This document shows, one piece after another, positions 62,102 to 64,000 of a stretch of DNA of 64,000 nucleotides (positions within the stretch are counted from its first letter, which is position 1; each line of letters opens with the position of its first letter). Position numbers and translations under genes: made by a program. The DNA lies in assembly GCF_027019125.1 (NCBI RefSeq), contig NZ_JALUXE010000004.1, positions 21,785-85,784 on the forward strand, given 5' to 3'. A model generated the notes under the pieces. The model was not told where the DNA came from, made no database searches, and worked only from the letters and a program-made list of their open reading frames with translations. The stretch is from Roseovarius sp. GTDB taxonomy: Bacteria; Pseudomonadota; Alphaproteobacteria; Rhodobacterales; Rhodobacteraceae.

Positions 62102-62615
62102 CCCCACCCCCATGGCTCACGGTGCCGACAATGGCCTGCCCGCCATCTTCCACTGTCACACGCTCCACCCGGACAACCTGCTGCGCCTTGGCCCGGTATT
62201 TTTTCAACGCTTCGGTCTGGCTGATGAATGTCCGCGCCAGACGCGTGGCGGCCCGCTCGTAGACTTCGAACCTTTGCAGCGTGTCCGAGTCCATCATGCG
62301 CTGTGACGTCACCGCTAGCGCTGCGTTGGTGGCAACCATCTGATTAACCAGCATCGCCTCGACCGCATCCTGCGGCTCCATTTCAGCAGGCATCGCCGCC
62401 ATCATGTCCCGGTATAGCTCCCCCTTGTTGCCCAAGCTGTCTATGGCTGTCAGCAACAACCCCTTGCCAGCTTCTCGGGTTTTGATGCCATAGAGGGCCT
62501 TCAGTTCATCATCGCCGTGAAGAGTGACTTCAACATCACCGTCATCGTTCACACCGAACTTGGGAAATCTGCGGAGTTGTTTGGCTTTGGAGATGTCTTG
62601 TTTCGGTTTGGTCAT
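62085..62615 (-). CDS. Conserved hypothetical protein of integrative elements
   Basis: EPQDAVEAML..QMVAT...LARTF..Q.EAL..YR...QQVVRVERVTV.DGGQAIVG; overlaps the HGGxSTG-like gene. Confidence 0.8.
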   Translation of the reverse strand: MTKPKQDISKAKQLRRFPKFGVNDDGDVEVTLHGDDELKALYGIKTREAGKGLLLTAIDSLGNKGELYRDMMAAMPAEMEPQDAVEAMLVNQMVATNAALAVTSQRMMDSDTLQRFEVYERAATRLARTFISQTEALKKYRAKAQQVVRVERVTVEDGGQAIVGTVSHGGGDGEKK

Positions 62616-62956
62616 TGCTTCGATTCCCCTTCAGTGGCCGGTATGTGTTTTACGTCCGTTCCTGACCCCGAGCGCGGCCCATGCCTTTCCCAGTCTGATA
62701 AATTGCGCCAAGTCGCTCGCGACACGACGCGCCCGGTATAGGTTAGCAGTCTTCTCCCTACGGATGCGCCATAGGGAGAGGTCGTTTCCGGCTCTATTTC
62801 TCTGAGCGAGGTATTGGAATTTTCAACCGCACCCCCTGCTACATCCGCTACATTCGCTACACTTGGACGGGCAGGTTTCGCAGGGGCGGCAAGTTCGGAA
62901 CGGGGCGTTTCTGCCCCACCCAGGCCTTGCAGCGCGGCTTGCGCATCAAACCACAT
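62612..62956 (-). CDS. Small hypothetical protein carrying the second repeat array
   Basis: ATG overlaps the DUF3987 stop; MWFDAQAAL...VANVADVA...TYTGRVVS..TW..LSDWERHGP. Confidence 0.55.
   Translation of the reverse strand: MWFDAQAALQGLGGAETPRSELAAPAKPARPSVANVADVAGGAVENSNTSLREIEPETTSPYGASVGRRLLTYTGRVVSRATWRNLSDWERHGPRSGSGTDVKHIPATEGESKQ
62838..62864. repeat. Three tandem 9-bp repeats (second iteron-like array)
   Basis: GCTACATCC-GCTACATTC-GCTACACTT, preceded by CCCCCT like the first array. Confidence 0.75.
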
Positions 62957-64000
62957 CGCCGGCCCCCCGCACGATCCGCCATGCTGTCTTGCGCGCCGCG
63001 CCTCGAACAACCGTGCCGGGTTCGAGCACCACCAGCCAGCTGTGCTTTTCCAAGAGTTTCAAAGCCGCTGTTGCCTTCGGACTGTCGCGTAAAGCACTTG
63101 GCCCATATTGCAGCACATCGCGCGGGGTGATTTCAGGCTCCGTCCAGCTTTCCAGAAGCCATGTGCGCAACCGTTCCGCCCGGTCGATTTCAACCGATAC
63201 GGTTGCTGCATCAGCCAGCCGCGCAGCTTCTGACAGATAGAACTGCGCCAGCGTAATAGCATTCGCCATATCTGGCGCAGCCACCTCAGCCGCATGCAGA
63301 TCACGCCAGAGCGTTAGAACACCGGAGATCCGCGCGGCCTGTTCGGCTGCTTTGGATGCCGTACCTGTGACATGTTCGAGATTGCCGCCCTTTGCCTGTG
63401 CCACCTCGATTGCATCTGCAAACTGGATCAAAAGCTTTCGCGCACCGCTGCCTAGCGCAAGAACGCGCGGCTGTAGTTCACGGGTTTCTGCGTCCATCGG
63501 CAGGGGTGTTTCCAAGATTTCCCGCAACCTGTGTGAGAATGCCGCCAATGCGCCTTCATCGGGGCGTATGTGCGCATGCAGCCGTGTCCCTATGCGGCTT
63601 GGCGGTTCGCAGATCAAAAAGCGGGGGAGAAAGCCGCTATCTGCGGCCATTGGATCAGACATGAACGCCCGCGCGACACCGGGCTGCGCCATCAGGTGCA
63701 CCGCAAGCCGCCGCCCATAGAGCGTATATGCACCGTCACCTGCCCGCGTGCGCCGGATCGGATTGCCCTGCCAAAGGTCATTCAAAGCCGTCAGCGTCTT
63801 TTGCCGGTTGTCGCTGTTCATGGCATGCCCGCCCAGGAATTGTCCGCCTTCATCCGAAAAGATGCCAAGCGATGGCTGTCCGGTTGCATAGAGCCGGGTC
63901 AGTCCTTCAAAGGTCGGTTCCGTCACAACGCGATCAGGATAGGGGGGCGCAGCCGGTTCTTTCTCCAAGTCGTCCATATCGGCTTGCGCCGCAACCCGCT
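62946..64000 (-). CDS. DUF3987/YfjI family replication (helicase/primase-associated) protein, 5' part off the window
   Basis: EPTFEGL, IFSDEGGQFLGG, LNDLWQG.PIRRTRAG, SGFLPRFL, C-terminal wHTH-like region; frame stays open past 64000. Confidence 0.85.
   Translation of the reverse strand, partial: RVAAQADMDDLEKEPAAPPYPDRVVTEPTFEGLTRLYATGQPSLGIFSDEGGQFLGGHAMNSDNRQKTLTALNDLWQGNPIRRTRAGDGAYTLYGRRLAVHLMAQPGVARAFMSDPMAADSGFLPRFLICEPPSRIGTRLHAHIRPDEGALAAFSHRLREILETPLPMDAETRELQPRVLALGSGARKLLIQFADAIEVAQAKGGNLEHVTGTASKAAEQAARISGVLTLWRDLHAAEVAAPDMANAITLAQFYLSEAARLADAATVSVEIDRAERLRTWLLESWTEPEITPRDVLQYGPSALRDSPKATAALKLLEKHSWLVVLEPGTVVRGAARKTAWRIVRGAGDVV

Larger units (their letters stand above)
58981..64000. 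mobile_element. tRNA-anchored genomic island / satellite-like integrative element (partial, continues past the window)
   Basis: Abrupt GC drop right after the tRNA CCA (38-45% on two hand-counted lines); DUF3987 gene, iteron-like repeats, HGGxSTG-like gene, cargo; integrase not in the window. Confidence 0.8.

Overview
Chromosomal segment of a high-GC alphaproteobacterium. Gene content and order (soxBDAG, olsBA, chpT, DUF2059 pair, extended L21) point to Rhodobacteraceae, Roseobacter group. Most of the window is core housekeeping: uvrA with a LexA box, tatABC, prfB, PBP1A, amidase, anmK, tyrS, aroKB, xerD, a polar amino-acid ABC transporter, ycjXF, olsBA, chpT, proBA, obgE, rplU-rpmA and tRNA-Ser(CGA). 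Three accessory features stand out. (1) A ~1 kb AT-richer cassette sits at the ATGA junction between the two ABC permease genes, bounded by a perfect 10-bp direct repeat (GCATGAGCTG). It encodes only a WYL + TerB-like fusion protein and keeps an open antisense frame linking the two permease genes. (2) An AT-richer island starts at the 3' end of tRNA-Ser and runs off the window. It has a satellite-like module (DUF3987/YfjI replication protein, 9-bp iteron-like repeats, HGGxSTG-type small terminase-like gene) plus sulfotransferase and methyltransferase cargo. (3) A five-gene cluster (non-canonical PTPS/QueD-fold protein, methyltransferase, RibD-like reductase, MDR dehydrogenase, GT4 glycosyltransferase) suggests an uncharacterised GTP/pterin-derived glycoside pathway. 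No CRISPR array, rRNA or transposase was seen. All family assignments come from motif recognition by eye, not database searches; starts that differ from the ORF track were chosen by hand.
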